Assembly (NCBI GenBank): GCA_041750285.1
Contig: JBGSZS010000009.1
Coordinates: 96,001-160,000, forward strand
DNA: 64,000 bases
Origin: Candidatus Fermentibacteraceae bacterium
GTDB lineage: Bacteria; Fermentibacterota; Fermentibacteria; Fermentibacterales; JCC-6
Direction: 5' to 3'
Positions 1 through 9,939 of this stretch are shown piece after piece; positions within the stretch are counted from its first letter, which is position 1, and each line of letters begins with the position of its first letter. The notes beneath the pieces were generated by a model, which searched no databases, was not told the DNA's origin, and worked only from the letters and a program-made list of their open reading frames with translations. The position numbers and the translations under genes are program-made.

Positions 1-2
1 TC

Positions 3-629
3 AAGCCATGCCTCGACGTGGCAGGCGACTACTACGACGCATTCATGTTCCAGGACAACAGGCTTCTTGTGGCCGTGGGGGATGTGTCAGGCAAGGGAAT
101 GGGGCCAGCCCTGATCATGGCGAACCTCCAGGCATCGATGCGAACCGCCCTGCAGGCCGGCCTCTCCCTCGATGCTGCGCTTGAAACGATCAACCACATG
201 GTGTTCGAGAACACGCCCGACGACATGTTCATCACCCTTTTCGCCGCTTGTTACTCACCCTTGGAAGGCAGGCTGTCCTTCGTGAACGCCGGCCACAACC
301 CTCCCATGCTCTTCCGGAGTTCGGGAGAGACCACGCTCCTGAGCGAGGGGGGGCTTCTTCTTGGTGTTCAGACCGGGGTCGACTACACGACCGGTGTCGT
401 GAACTGCTCGCCCGGCGACACCCTGCTGCTTTACACCGACGGGGTGACCGAGGCCATGAACCCCGAGGGCCTCGAGTTCGGAGAAGAACGCCTTCGCTCG
501 ACCGTTTCGGCGAACATCGGGCTGCCCCTCGAAGAGCTTCTCGCTCTCATAGAGAAAGAGGCTGCAGCATTTCAGGGAACCGATGACTTCTCCGACGACT
601 TCACCCTGCTCGCTCTGCGAAAGACATGA
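3..629 (+). CDS. PP2C/SpoIIE-family Ser/Thr phosphatase (RsbU-like), 5'-truncated by the window edge
   Basis: Motifs DVAGDYYD, GDVSGKG, FITLF, NAGHNPP, LYTDGVTEA, DDFT; the frame is open back to the window start. Confidence 0.9.
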   Translation, partial: KPCLDVAGDYYDAFMFQDNRLLVAVGDVSGKGMGPALIMANLQASMRTALQAGLSLDAALETINHMVFENTPDDMFITLFAACYSPLEGRLSFVNAGHNPPMLFRSSGETTLLSEGGLLLGVQTGVDYTTGVVNCSPGDTLLLYTDGVTEAMNPEGLEFGEERLRSTVSANIGLPLEELLALIEKEAAAFQGTDDFSDDFTLLALRKT

Positions 630-638
630 ACAGGGGTT

Positions 639-2405
639 TCAGAACGGCCAGAACCTGAGGATGGCTGGAATGGATGCCGCCAGAACGACGATGGTCAGCG
701 GAAGGCCGGGCTTCCAGTAGTCTCCGAACCGGTACCCGCCCGGACCCATCACCAGGGTGTTGGACTGGTGCCCCACGGGTGTCATGAACGCGGCAGAGGC
801 GCTCACTGCCACGGCCATCAGGAAAGGGTCGGGGGAGAGAGCGAGCCCGCGGGCGATCCCGATGGCTATCGGAGCCATGAGAACGGCGGTGGCAGCGTTG
901 TTGATGATGTTGGTGAGAAGGATGGTCATCACCATCAGTGCCGCCAGGGTAAGAGCGGGGGGAATGTGTCCCGCAAGAAGCAGAAGCAGTCCCGCTATGC
1001 TCTCCGCGCCGCCGGTCGTCTCGAGCGCTTCTCCGACAGGTATGAGGGCGCCCAGCATGACGATAACCGGCCATTCGATGCTTTCGTAGAGCTTTCTGAG
1101 GGACACAAGACCCGCGAGCACCATGACCACCGCGGCAATGACCAGAGCGATCTGAACCTTCAGCCAGCCAAAGGCGATGACGATCAGGGCGGCCCCGAAA
1201 ATGCCCACTGCCGGCAGTATACGGGTTTTGTCGCCCAGTCTGAGGTCACGCCCGGCAAGGGGAAGGCAGCCCAGAGAGGTAAACGTGTCCTGTATGCCTT
1301 CGGCCACCGCCTGCAGAAGCAGTATGTCTCCGCCCCTGAAACGGATGTCGCCAAGCCTGTGAGTGAGCTTCTTGCCCTGACGGGCCACTCCGAGAAGATT
1401 GGTTCCGAAGCGGTTCCTCATGTCAACGCTTCTTGCCGTCCTGCCCGCGATGTACGAATCCGGCATCACGACCACTTCGTACAGGCTAACCCTGTCCGAA
1501 CCCGGCAGACGGTTCGCGCCCTTTCCGGCAAGCTCAAGTCTGCCGTGCTTGGCAAAATCACCGAGGAGTTCGGGATCTGCCTCGACGACGAGAATGTCGT
1601 TCTCGTTCACCCGATCATGTGCCCTGGGCGCAGGGATCCTCGCACCGTCCCTCACCATGGCCAGGACCAGTATGTCCCATTTGCCCAGGGAAGCAAGTTC
1701 GCCGAGTGTCCTTCCAATGAACCGTGAACCGGGAAGAACCTTCAATTCGCTTATGTACTCCTCGATCCGGAACAGCTCCCTCTCATCCCGGCCGGTGGCC
1801 CGCCTGGGCAAAAGCCTCCAGCCGAACAGACCCAGCAGGAACACCCCTGCCAGGGCGGCCGCGAGTCCCACCGGCAGGAAATCGAACATGAGGAAGGGCT
1901 TGCCCAGCTCCTCCACCCTGAAAAGGGAGATGATGATGTTGGGCGGGGTGCCGATGAGGGTGGTCATGCCTCCGAGAAGCGAGCCGAAAGCCAGGGGCAT
2001 GAGGTACAGGGAGGGGCTGCGATTGCTTCGCCTGGCCATCCTGAGTGCCACGGGCAGGAAAAGCGCCAGGGCGCCGACATTGTTCATGAAACCTGAAAAC
2101 AGTGTGACAAGGCAAGTGAGAACGAGGACCTGGATCGTCAGGCTCTTTCCCAGACGCATGAGGTTCCTCGCGAAATAGTCCACGATGCCCGAATGGAGAA
2201 GACCGCGGCTGATTATGAGGACCGCGGCCACAGTAACGACGGCCGGGTGGCCGAAACCCGCGAACGCCTGGTCGGGGTCCACGACACCCGCCGCCACGAG
2301 GACGATCAGGGCGATGACTGCCGTGACGTCGTAGCGGATGCTGCTTTTTATGAAGAGGTAGAGGGAGAGAGCGATTACCGCGAAAACAACGATCTGCTCC
2401 GCCAT
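639..2405 (-). CDS. SLC13/CitMHS-family permease with two TrkA-C domains
   Basis: Many TM segments; SGFMNNVG, LGGMTTLIGTPPN and FMTPVGHQSNTLVMGPGGYRFGDY motifs; central soluble TrkA-C repeats. Confidence 0.9.
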   Translation of the reverse strand: MAEQIVVFAVIALSLYLFIKSSIRYDVTAVIALIVLVAAGVVDPDQAFAGFGHPAVVTVAAVLIISRGLLHSGIVDYFARNLMRLGKSLTIQVLVLTCLVTLFSGFMNNVGALALFLPVALRMARRSNRSPSLYLMPLAFGSLLGGMTTLIGTPPNIIISLFRVEELGKPFLMFDFLPVGLAAALAGVFLLGLFGWRLLPRRATGRDERELFRIEEYISELKVLPGSRFIGRTLGELASLGKWDILVLAMVRDGARIPAPRAHDRVNENDILVVEADPELLGDFAKHGRLELAGKGANRLPGSDRVSLYEVVVMPDSYIAGRTARSVDMRNRFGTNLLGVARQGKKLTHRLGDIRFRGGDILLLQAVAEGIQDTFTSLGCLPLAGRDLRLGDKTRILPAVGIFGAALIVIAFGWLKVQIALVIAAVVMVLAGLVSLRKLYESIEWPVIVMLGALIPVGEALETTGGAESIAGLLLLLAGHIPPALTLAALMVMTILLTNIINNAATAVLMAPIAIGIARGLALSPDPFLMAVAVSASAAFMTPVGHQSNTLVMGPGGYRFGDYWKPGLPLTIVVLAASIPAILRFWPF

Positions 2406-2469
2406 GCTTCTCCTTGGGTTTCGGCTGCGGAAACCTACCCCGGGGAGGGAGCGGGTGCAAGCTCGGGAA

Positions 2470-2802
2470 TCACACCGGTTCGGTCAGGGTGGCCAGAACG
2501 GCAAGGGCGGAAGTGACGATTCCGAGAACTCCGTTCATGGCCCGGTCTGCCTGCGTCTTCTGCTGCAGGTACAGTGCGAGTTCGGCCGAGCAGTTCTCGA
2601 GGTCTTCGACGAGGGCCGCCAGTGCTGCGGAGTCGCATGTAAGCCTTCTGGTTATGAGCGCGTCCCGAACGCGGGAAAGCGCCGTCATTCTTGACCGGGC
2701 CTCACGGGCGTGTTCCGGGTGCCCCTCTGCGAGAAGGCGCATTTCGGCTGCACGGAGCTTCTCGATCAATCGCATCAGAGCCTCAATCAGTCCCGTGTTC
2801 AA
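2470..2802 (-). CDS. Hypothetical small helical protein with a hydrophobic C-terminus
   Basis: Fills the gap between the lipoprotein and permease genes; TTG start after GGGGAG, overlapping the upstream gene end; start uncertain. Confidence 0.55.
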   Translation of the reverse strand: MNTGLIEALMRLIEKLRAAEMRLLAEGHPEHAREARSRMTALSRVRDALITRRLTCDSAALAALVEDLENCSAELALYLQQKTQADRAMNGVLGIVTSALAVLATLTEPV

Positions 2803-3604
2803 ACTCCCCCATCCTTTCTGCGAACTCGATGAGGCCAACAGAGAGCGCTTCGGTTCCAAGGACGGCGGCTGTTTCGCGGTGGGCCGCGGCCAGCGCCGTC
2901 CAGGCGGCCCGGGCCTTTTCCAGCCCGGCGATGATGGCCGTCGTCCTGGAGTTCAGCGCCAGCAGCTCGCGTACCTGAGCCTCGGGATTACCCATGGTGA
3001 CGATCCTCCGGACGAGCCTTGCCGACATGTCCTGGTAGGCGGCCCCGACAGCGAGCGAGATGTCGCCCAGCGCCGATGATGCCGCGACGCAGAGGCTGTC
3101 CACCCCCGGGGCCGCACCGAGCATTGCCTGGCGAAGTTGTTCCGTGTCGCATTCGAGAACGCCCTGTTAAACAAGAACAGCCGCTGCGGACGCAAGAGGG
3201 CCGGAAAGGGGGATCGATGCGATCTCCCATATCGCTTCCGTGGCACGGGATGGTCTGGTTATCATGCTGAGAAGACCCGTGTACCGGCCCATGGAGACTG
3301 CTGCGTCGCATGCGGTCCGACCGGCCCCGGCCACGGCGCCCGGCAGGCCCCGGTCGGCCGGGATCAGACCGTGTGAATCGGATTGAACCAGAAGCATTCC
3401 CCCGAGGGCTTCTATGTCGCCCTCGCACGCCTTCTGAACGCTGTTGTCGTCCACCAGGGCGACTGCCTCCGCCACCGCGGTCTCTGTCAAACGGCCCAGA
3501 GAGACCGTGCTGTCGTGAAGGATGAGCAGATCTGAGGAATCGCGGGTTGCGCATCCGGCGAATACGGCAAGTGTAAGGACGATAATTGTGATTACTCTTT
3601 TCAT
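2783..3604 (-). pseudogene. Lipoprotein gene interrupted by an in-frame TAA at 3167-3169
   Basis: Lipobox signal MKRVITIIVLTLAVFAG-C; ORFs 3167..3868 and 2783..3124 share a frame and join as AAAVLV*QGVLECDTEQLRQAMLG with one stop. Confidence 0.7.
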
Positions 3605-3698
3605 GACGTCAATATTACACCATTGCCGTAAAAGGGCAAGCGGACCTTGTAGCGCAGGCCGTCCGGGGATATGCTTGGAGAACCGCAAGGGGGCAGGA

Positions 3699-5105
3699 TT
3701 GATTTCGACACACGAACCCCGGACCCGTGGGGCCGGTATTCTCATGCACCCGACCAGCCTGCAGGGTGAGTGGGGAATAGGCACCCTGGGCGCCGAGTGC
3801 GCAGAGTTTCTGGACTGGGCCGCAGACGCGGGCTTCACCTGGTGGCAAATGCTGCCGCTGAATCCCACGGGCTACGGGAACAGCCCCTACCAGCCACTCT
3901 CATCCTTCGCGTGCAACCCCCTGCTCATCTCCCCGGGCGAACTCCACGCCGAAGGGCTGCTTACCCGTGATGAAACTGCCGCTGCCAGGAGCCGCTCAGG
4001 GTCACGGGTTGAATGGGGGGAGCTTCTTCCCGGGAGAAACGGGCTTGTACTCCGTGCCGCCTCGCGGGCATTGGGACTCAACCCAGCCGGTTTCGGGGAG
4101 TTCTGCGGAAGGAACGCGGACTGGCTGATGCCCTGGGCAAGATACGCCACCCTGAAGGATCTCAACTGCGGTAAATCCTGGAACAGGTGGATCGAACGCA
4201 CGGAAGCTCCCGATCTGGAGGGTGCGCACATGATGGCGCAGTTCCTTTTCCGGAACCAGTGGACCAGCTGCCGCGAACACTGCCGAATGAACGGGATTCG
4301 GATCCTTGGCGACCTTCCGATCTACACCGCCCTTGACAGCGCCGACGTGTGGTCAAATCCCGGGCTGTTCCGGCTTGACCGGTCGGGGGCTCCCCTCGCA
4401 GTGGCCGGGGTCCCGCCCGACTACTTCTCTTCCACCGGGCAGCTCTGGGGCAACCCGCTCTACGACTGGGAGGCTCACCGGAAAGAGGGTTACAGGTGGT
4501 GGTCGCTGAGGCTTGGCAGGGCCATGGAGCTTTTCCACAAGGTCAGGATCGATCACTTCAGGGCTTTCTGCGATTACTGGGAAGTCCCCGCCGGCGCGGT
4601 AACAGCGCGTGAAGGCGCGTGGAGGCAGGGTCCCGGAAAGGCCTTCTTCGACTGCGTGTCCGGGAATCTCGGGGCAAGGCTTCCCATAGTGGCGGAGGAC
4701 CTGGGAATGATAACCCCCGATGTGCGGAAACTGAGGGAGGACCTTGGCTTTCCAGGGATGCTCGTACTGCAGTTCGCACTTTCCGACCCCTGCTTCAAAC
4801 CCTCCGGGATCCCCCGCGAAACCGTTCTTTACACCGGAACCCACGACAATGACACCACAGCCGGATGGACAGGGTCAGGAGGAACGGGTTACGACCTTGA
4901 CGGTGTCGTCAACATCGCACTGCGTTCGCCCGCAGATCTTTGCGTCTTCCCCGTTCAGGATCTCCTGGGGCTGGGCAGCGATTCCCGCATGAACACACCA
5001 GGAACCGACCGGGGGAACTGGAGCTTCAGGCTGGTGCCGGGTGCCCTGAATCCGAAAGAGGCCGCACGATGGAGACGGAACATCAAAGCTGCAGGACGGG
5101 CTTGA
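3699..5105 (+). CDS. malQ: 4-alpha-glucanotransferase (amylomaltase, GH77)
   Basis: GILMHPTSL, WQMLPLNPTG..NSPY, GDLPIY, GVPPDYFSSTGQLWGNPLY, RIDHFR, VAEDLG, YTGTHDNDT, RMNTPG; TTG start inferred. Confidence 0.95.
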   Translation: MISTHEPRTRGAGILMHPTSLQGEWGIGTLGAECAEFLDWAADAGFTWWQMLPLNPTGYGNSPYQPLSSFACNPLLISPGELHAEGLLTRDETAAARSRSGSRVEWGELLPGRNGLVLRAASRALGLNPAGFGEFCGRNADWLMPWARYATLKDLNCGKSWNRWIERTEAPDLEGAHMMAQFLFRNQWTSCREHCRMNGIRILGDLPIYTALDSADVWSNPGLFRLDRSGAPLAVAGVPPDYFSSTGQLWGNPLYDWEAHRKEGYRWWSLRLGRAMELFHKVRIDHFRAFCDYWEVPAGAVTAREGAWRQGPGKAFFDCVSGNLGARLPIVAEDLGMITPDVRKLREDLGFPGMLVLQFALSDPCFKPSGIPRETVLYTGTHDNDTTAGWTGSGGTGYDLDGVVNIALRSPADLCVFPVQDLLGLGSDSRMNTPGTDRGNWSFRLVPGALNPKEAARWRRNIKAAGRA

Positions 5106-5155
5106 CGCAAGCCACCATCGGACAGTATCTACATGCTGTGAAGTGACGGAGGTGC

Positions 5156-5761
5156 ATGGTGCAAGTGATCATTCTTTTAATGACAGTTACTGCACAGATT
5201 TCGGCTCCCATTGATGGTATAACTACCAGTGGGTCCTCATCTCTCATAATAAACGAGTTCATGGTGCTCCCCGAAGCCAGTTTAACCGAGCTCAAGGGGC
5301 AGTACGTTGAGATATTCAACAGAAGCAATGAATGGGTGAACCTTGCGGGATGGTCACTCGAAAACCACCAGGGGGACATCTTCTACTTCGGCAGCTACAT
5401 GCTCCCCCCTGCGGCCTACTTCGTTGTAGGCGCCTGCGCCCTCAGCAGCGAGAACGGCGGCTACTCGCCAAACGCGGTGTGGAATTCATTCATGCTTTCA
5501 CGGTATGGCGAGGTCACCATCTACTCCCCAAACCGCGATTTCGCTGACAGTGTCGACTGGGATGCAACCTGGCCCGTATGCAGCGGGGCTTCCTGCGAAC
5601 GGATCAACCCGGGCTGGGAATCGGGCCTTTCCTCGAGCTGGGGGGCAAGCGTCTACACGTTCGGACAGGGAGACTACGGCACACCGGGTCAGCAGAACAG
5701 CGTCTATTCCAATTCCTTCGTTCAGAACAGCTGGGCCTTCATAAAGGCATTCATAGAATAG
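5156..5761 (+). CDS. Secreted lamin-tail-domain (LTD) protein with a C-terminal SWAFIK motif
   Basis: GGAGG RBS; hydrophobic N-terminus; LTD pattern IINEFM...YVEIFNRSNEWVNLAGWSL...GTPGQQNS. Confidence 0.75.
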   Translation: MVQVIILLMTVTAQISAPIDGITTSGSSSLIINEFMVLPEASLTELKGQYVEIFNRSNEWVNLAGWSLENHQGDIFYFGSYMLPPAAYFVVGACALSSENGGYSPNAVWNSFMLSRYGEVTIYSPNRDFADSVDWDATWPVCSGASCERINPGWESGLSSSWGASVYTFGQGDYGTPGQQNSVYSNSFVQNSWAFIKAFIE

Positions 5762-5780
5762 CGCCGCCCCTTCTCACAGA

Positions 5781-6272
5781 TCATTCCCCCTTTTTTACGC
5801 AGAACCTTCTTGCCGAAGGGTAGCTGTCGAGATCGTACCGGATCACCGTTTCGGGTATCTCGATCCTGTCGAGCCTGACATCGGCCTCGTGCAGGAACTG
5901 CGAGGCGTGGCTGGAAACATAGTCGCTGAAGACCACCACCCTTCGGATGCCTGTGGCGACGAGCGCCTTGGCGCAGGTAGTGCATGGCATGTTGGTAACG
6001 TAGGCTGTGGCTCCGTTGAGTGAGACCCCGTTCCGGGCCGCCTGACAGATCGCATTCATCTCGGCGTGGTTGGTCCTTATGCAGTGCCCCTCTACGACCA
6101 TGCATCCCACCTCGTCGCAGTGGGGCAGACCGGGCAGTGAACCGTTGTAGCCTGTCGCAAGAACGTGCTTGTCCCTCACCAGAACGCATCCGCAGTGCAT
6201 CCGGGGGCAGGTGGCGCGCTCGCTCGCAAGCATTGCAAGCTTGAGAAAGTACTGGTCCCACGATGGTCGCAT
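5781..6272 (-). CDS. dCMP deaminase (ComEB family)
   Basis: RPSWDQYF, RATCPR, ATGYNG, HAEMNA and PCTTC zinc motifs. Confidence 0.9.
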   Translation of the reverse strand: MRPSWDQYFLKLAMLASERATCPRMHCGCVLVRDKHVLATGYNGSLPGLPHCDEVGCMVVEGHCIRTNHAEMNAICQAARNGVSLNGATAYVTNMPCTTCAKALVATGIRRVVVFSDYVSSHASQFLHEADVRLDRIEIPETVIRYDLDSYPSARRFCVKKGE

Positions 6273-6284
6273 CGGTCCTCCTGT

Positions 6285-7766
6285 TCAGGGGTTCCAGTCC
6301 AGCTGAAGACCCGCCTCGGTTCTGGCCGGGCCCGGGGTTTCTTCGTAACCCGTACCCAGACTCTCCCTGTCGTACCCGTGAAACCTGCTTATTCTGCCCC
6401 TTGCCCGCCAGTCCTCCCCCAGTGCGACCGAAACCGAGGCCTGAAGCACGGCGCAGCTTCCGTACATGGCGCTGGAGCCGAACTCGCCCGGGAAAGAAAG
6501 CTTGTAGATGTAGACCCTTGATGGGTAGCCGTCGGTCTCGGCACCGGCGGCAGAAAAGGTCGCTTCGAGCCACGGCCTGAACCTGTGTTTGAGACGGAGT
6601 TCGATTCCCGCACCGAAGCTCGTGGAGTCGCCCTGACAGAATGAAGCCGTGGGGAACCTGAGCGTGAGGGTGGTGCTGCGGGAAGGGCTCCAGCCGGCGG
6701 CTATCAACCCCCTGAGGGTGGTCCCCCCCGTTGTTCGTGCCAACGTGGCTTTCTGGGTGAGGGTTGTTCCCGGAAGCGGCGCTTCGTCGAACTGAAGACC
6801 GGCTTCGGTCGTGATGCCGCCTTCACGGTCGAGCACTTCGAACCCCGCCGTGACAGTGACCCTTCGGCCCGGCCTGTACCTGACCCCGTAGCCACCCGCA
6901 AGGTCATGGCATGCACCGAATGGCGGGGAAGACCTGACCGGGGGGAACGCCGAAGGATAGCGCCCCGCGGTGAGTGAGTGCCTGAACTCTCCAACATCGC
7001 CGTACATGCCAATGAGAAACGCGACGGGGAAAGCGCCTTCGACGAAACCCACGCTTGCCTCGCCGGTGAGTTCCCTGTCGTCGCCCGACAGGCGTACATC
7101 AAGGCCTGCCCTTCCCGTTACGAAAGCGGTGTCTTCCGAAGTTCTGATGAATGCTCCCGAAACCCCGACTGCCGGGCCCGAAACCCTCAAATAGCTGAAT
7201 GTCTGGCGCACGGCACCCCGGCCTTCGATTTCGGTCGGGGACCTGTGAAGCCCGGAGATCGACCTGTCGACGAATGAAAAGCCCTGCATCACGGTGAACC
7301 CGACATCCCCCGCCCCGAGGACTGCGGCAACTCCAGTGAGGGGCGCGCCGTCGCAATCGCCGGGGCTCGATGCAGGCTCGAGAACAGCGCGGTGTACCGG
7401 AGCCTTCACCAGAGACAAAGGGTCACCGCCCTGGCCGATGCCACCATAGCCCGCTGTGAGCCCCAGTGCCATCCCGAGGCGTAGAAAACCCGCCGAAACG
7501 CTGTGAAGGGCAGTTCCCTGAACCCACTGGAGGCCCCCTGCGGCAAGGTCGCCCCACTTCTCGCCGGGATCTTTTTCGAGCATCAGGACGCCCGAGAGTT
7601 TTCCGGCCCCGAATGTCGTGCGGTGAAAGAAGGCCCAGGCGTCACCTGCCCAGTGGTTCTCGACTATGCCGCGGGGATCGGGGAATCGCCGCTCGAGACG
7701 GAAACGGGCGTCGGTGGCCAGAAGCAGAACCGGCAGCAGAAGGACAACAATGGCTGACACTTTCAT
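6285..7766 (-). CDS. Outer-membrane beta-barrel protein resembling the barrel region of Bacteroidota-type ComEA/HhH proteins
   Basis: Signal peptide; LEKDPGE motif; amphipathic beta-strands; SRVYIY near the C-terminus; ends GLQLDWNP. Confidence 0.55.
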   Translation of the reverse strand: MKVSAIVVLLLPVLLLATDARFRLERRFPDPRGIVENHWAGDAWAFFHRTTFGAGKLSGVLMLEKDPGEKWGDLAAGGLQWVQGTALHSVSAGFLRLGMALGLTAGYGGIGQGGDPLSLVKAPVHRAVLEPASSPGDCDGAPLTGVAAVLGAGDVGFTVMQGFSFVDRSISGLHRSPTEIEGRGAVRQTFSYLRVSGPAVGVSGAFIRTSEDTAFVTGRAGLDVRLSGDDRELTGEASVGFVEGAFPVAFLIGMYGDVGEFRHSLTAGRYPSAFPPVRSSPPFGACHDLAGGYGVRYRPGRRVTVTAGFEVLDREGGITTEAGLQFDEAPLPGTTLTQKATLARTTGGTTLRGLIAAGWSPSRSTTLTLRFPTASFCQGDSTSFGAGIELRLKHRFRPWLEATFSAAGAETDGYPSRVYIYKLSFPGEFGSSAMYGSCAVLQASVSVALGEDWRARGRISRFHGYDRESLGTGYEETPGPARTEAGLQLDWNP

Positions 7767-8812
7767 TCTGCAGTGAGATAACCGCTCAGAGTTTCGAGGG
7801 TTGAGGGGCCAATGCCCGGAACTGACAGGAGTTCACCAAGTGACTGGACGGGGCCGTTCTCGGAAACCCATTGGAGAATGGCCCGTGCCTTGGCGGGACC
7901 GATACCGGGGATGGCGTCCAGTTCCCTCTCCGATGCGGTGTTCACGTTCACGGGGAAGACGACCGGTGGAAGGGGCGGCCCTGGTTGGGAGATCGGGGCC
8001 GGCGAGAACGCGGCATTTCCCCAGGCAACCTCACCGAGATGGCTGCCCTGAAGATCGGGATGGGTTGTGTAGCCGTAGCTGACGGAAGCCTTCCCCGCAT
8101 CGATGCCCAGAGAAAAGGCAAGCCTTGTCGGGCCCGAGAGGCAGCCCACACCGAAACACACCCCCGGGTGGGGTGAGAAGCACGAATAAACACCGTATTC
8201 CGCCCCCGTGTACTGGTGGAATGCCGCAGCGACGGCAATGCTGAGCCCGCTGAGGGGGACGATGCCGGTCGCTGCGAAAAGCGTTCTGGGTACTGCGTTC
8301 GCACCCCCCAGCCCCGACGAGTAAAGGCCCCTGCAGCCGCCGCCAAGGTAGACCCCCTGAGCCGGCCTTGCCACGGCTGCGGCATCGAGCCCAACCGCAC
8401 CACCGGCCCCGAATCCCTCGATTGAAAGCCTGCGGGCGGAGATGGAAACGCCCGTCACGAGCCCCCGCAGAGGCCTGAACGCGCCTGCGGCGGCAATGGT
8501 GAACTCGGAGTAGCCTTGGGAAGAGGTTCCCGATGCAAGAGCACCTGCCCCGATGCCCGAGATAAAGGTGTTTCCGGCAACGGCAACCCGCGTGAGCTGT
8601 GGCAGGCCGAAGGGGCGGGAGGCGCTGACCGAAATGCCCCAATGATCGAGCATCCCCGGAGCGGCCGGGTTGAGGGCCAGGGCGGAGGATGCCCTGGGAA
8701 ACAGGGCTGAGGCGAACCCCGAAAGCCAGGGTGATTCGACACAGGGCTCGAAAGCGCCATGAAGGACTGACGCCCGGGCAAAAATGACGACTGCCATTAT
8801 CAGTTTCCCCAT
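7763..8812 (-). CDS. PorV/PorQ-like beta-barrel fused to a C-terminal ComEA helix-hairpin-helix domain
   Basis: ALNPAA and RPFGLPQL in the barrel; Pro-rich linker; VNVNTASERELDAIPGIGPAKARAI...LLSVPGIGP; start uncertain (8812 or 8833). Confidence 0.75.
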   Translation of the reverse strand: MGKLIMAVVIFARASVLHGAFEPCVESPWLSGFASALFPRASSALALNPAAPGMLDHWGISVSASRPFGLPQLTRVAVAGNTFISGIGAGALASGTSSQGYSEFTIAAAGAFRPLRGLVTGVSISARRLSIEGFGAGGAVGLDAAAVARPAQGVYLGGGCRGLYSSGLGGANAVPRTLFAATGIVPLSGLSIAVAAAFHQYTGAEYGVYSCFSPHPGVCFGVGCLSGPTRLAFSLGIDAGKASVSYGYTTHPDLQGSHLGEVAWGNAAFSPAPISQPGPPLPPVVFPVNVNTASERELDAIPGIGPAKARAILQWVSENGPVQSLGELLSVPGIGPSTLETLSGYLTAE

Positions 8813-8918
8813 GCCTGTAAGTACGGCGTGCATGGCGGGTTTTTCAAGATGGATTGACCTTTGCCCTGCGGAGTATGATTATTTGAGATAGGCAATGGGG
8901 GGGTATGGAGGTATTCCT

Positions 8919-9833
8919 GTGAGAAAAGGTTCGGCACTGTGCCTGTTCTTTGTTACCAGCGCTTCCCTGGCAGGCGGGGTGCCCTGGTCGCACTTCAATC
9001 TCATCGACGCTCCCAGCGCCCATCTGCTTAGGCATACCGAAGTCGCCCTGGGAGGGACGTTCGCCACTTTCACAGTCGATGATTCATCGGGTTCCTCCTC
9101 CTCCGAGCTGGCCTACGGCACCTACCTCGAAGCTGGAATACTCGGACGCGGCCAGGTCGGCGCGACTTTCATCAGCGAGGGAGGCATCAGCGGAACCGCC
9201 CGTGCTCTGCTCCTTCTGGAGACCATAAAAACCCCGGGGATCGCCATCGGCTGCGAGAACATCATCGGCGAGGAGAACTACGAAGCCTTCTCCGAGGGCG
9301 ACAGCCTTTACGACTACGGCGAAAGTCAGAACTTCTCAGCCTACGCCGTGATAACAAAGGATTTCAGCTACTACCTCAGCGTGCCGGTATGCGCCAGTCT
9401 GGGCTACGGAATCGGCCGTTTCAGACAGCGCGACGGTTCCGACGACGGCCTCAGCAACCCCTTCCCGGGTCTTTTCGGAAGCCTTATGCTGCACCCTTCG
9501 CGTGAATCCGAGATAATCGTGGAGTGGGACGGACGCGACCTGAACGCTGCGGGAGAGTACGACATCACGCCCAGCATCTCCCTCAGGCTCGCCTTCGCCG
9601 AGATCGAACAGAACTTCCGCCCGGGCGATGAACGCGACGCATCCGACCCCGGCCAGGCCCCCAAGGTAGCCCTCGGTGTTCAGGTCACCTTCGGGCCGCT
9701 CTTCAACCGCACCGAGCTCGACCCCTACGAGAGGCTCCGGTTCACCGAGAACGACGAGGCACTCGAGGCCATCCGCCGTGAACGCGAGGACGCACGCCGC
9801 CGGATCGAAGAGCTGGAGCGCTCCATCCACTGA
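8919..9833 (+). CDS. YjbH-like outer-membrane beta-barrel with a charged coiled-coil C-terminal tail
   Basis: GGAGG RBS and GTG; signal peptide; LIDAPSAHLL, PGIAIG, LGYGIGRF, EWDGRDLNA; tail EAIRREREDARRRIEELERS. Confidence 0.6.
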   Translation: MRKGSALCLFFVTSASLAGGVPWSHFNLIDAPSAHLLRHTEVALGGTFATFTVDDSSGSSSSELAYGTYLEAGILGRGQVGATFISEGGISGTARALLLLETIKTPGIAIGCENIIGEENYEAFSEGDSLYDYGESQNFSAYAVITKDFSYYLSVPVCASLGYGIGRFRQRDGSDDGLSNPFPGLFGSLMLHPSRESEIIVEWDGRDLNAAGEYDITPSISLRLAFAEIEQNFRPGDERDASDPGQAPKVALGVQVTFGPLFNRTELDPYERLRFTENDEALEAIRREREDARRRIEELERSIH

Positions 9834-9939
9834 AGCCCCGGTCAGATATCAGCCTGTCTTGACAAAACCGCTTCCCGGCGTAATGCTATAGCGTTGAACG
9901 ATTTATTAACCTTCAATTAGTTTTCCGCTTTTGGGAGGC

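Noticed and set aside
3167..3169. Selenocysteine or pyrrolysine recoding of the internal stop
   Set aside because: The codon is TAA, not TGA or TAG.
9859..9892. Sigma70 promoter upstream of the recJ-like gene
   Set aside because: TTGACA is perfect, but no good -10 hexamer lies at 16-18 bp spacing, so it was not called.
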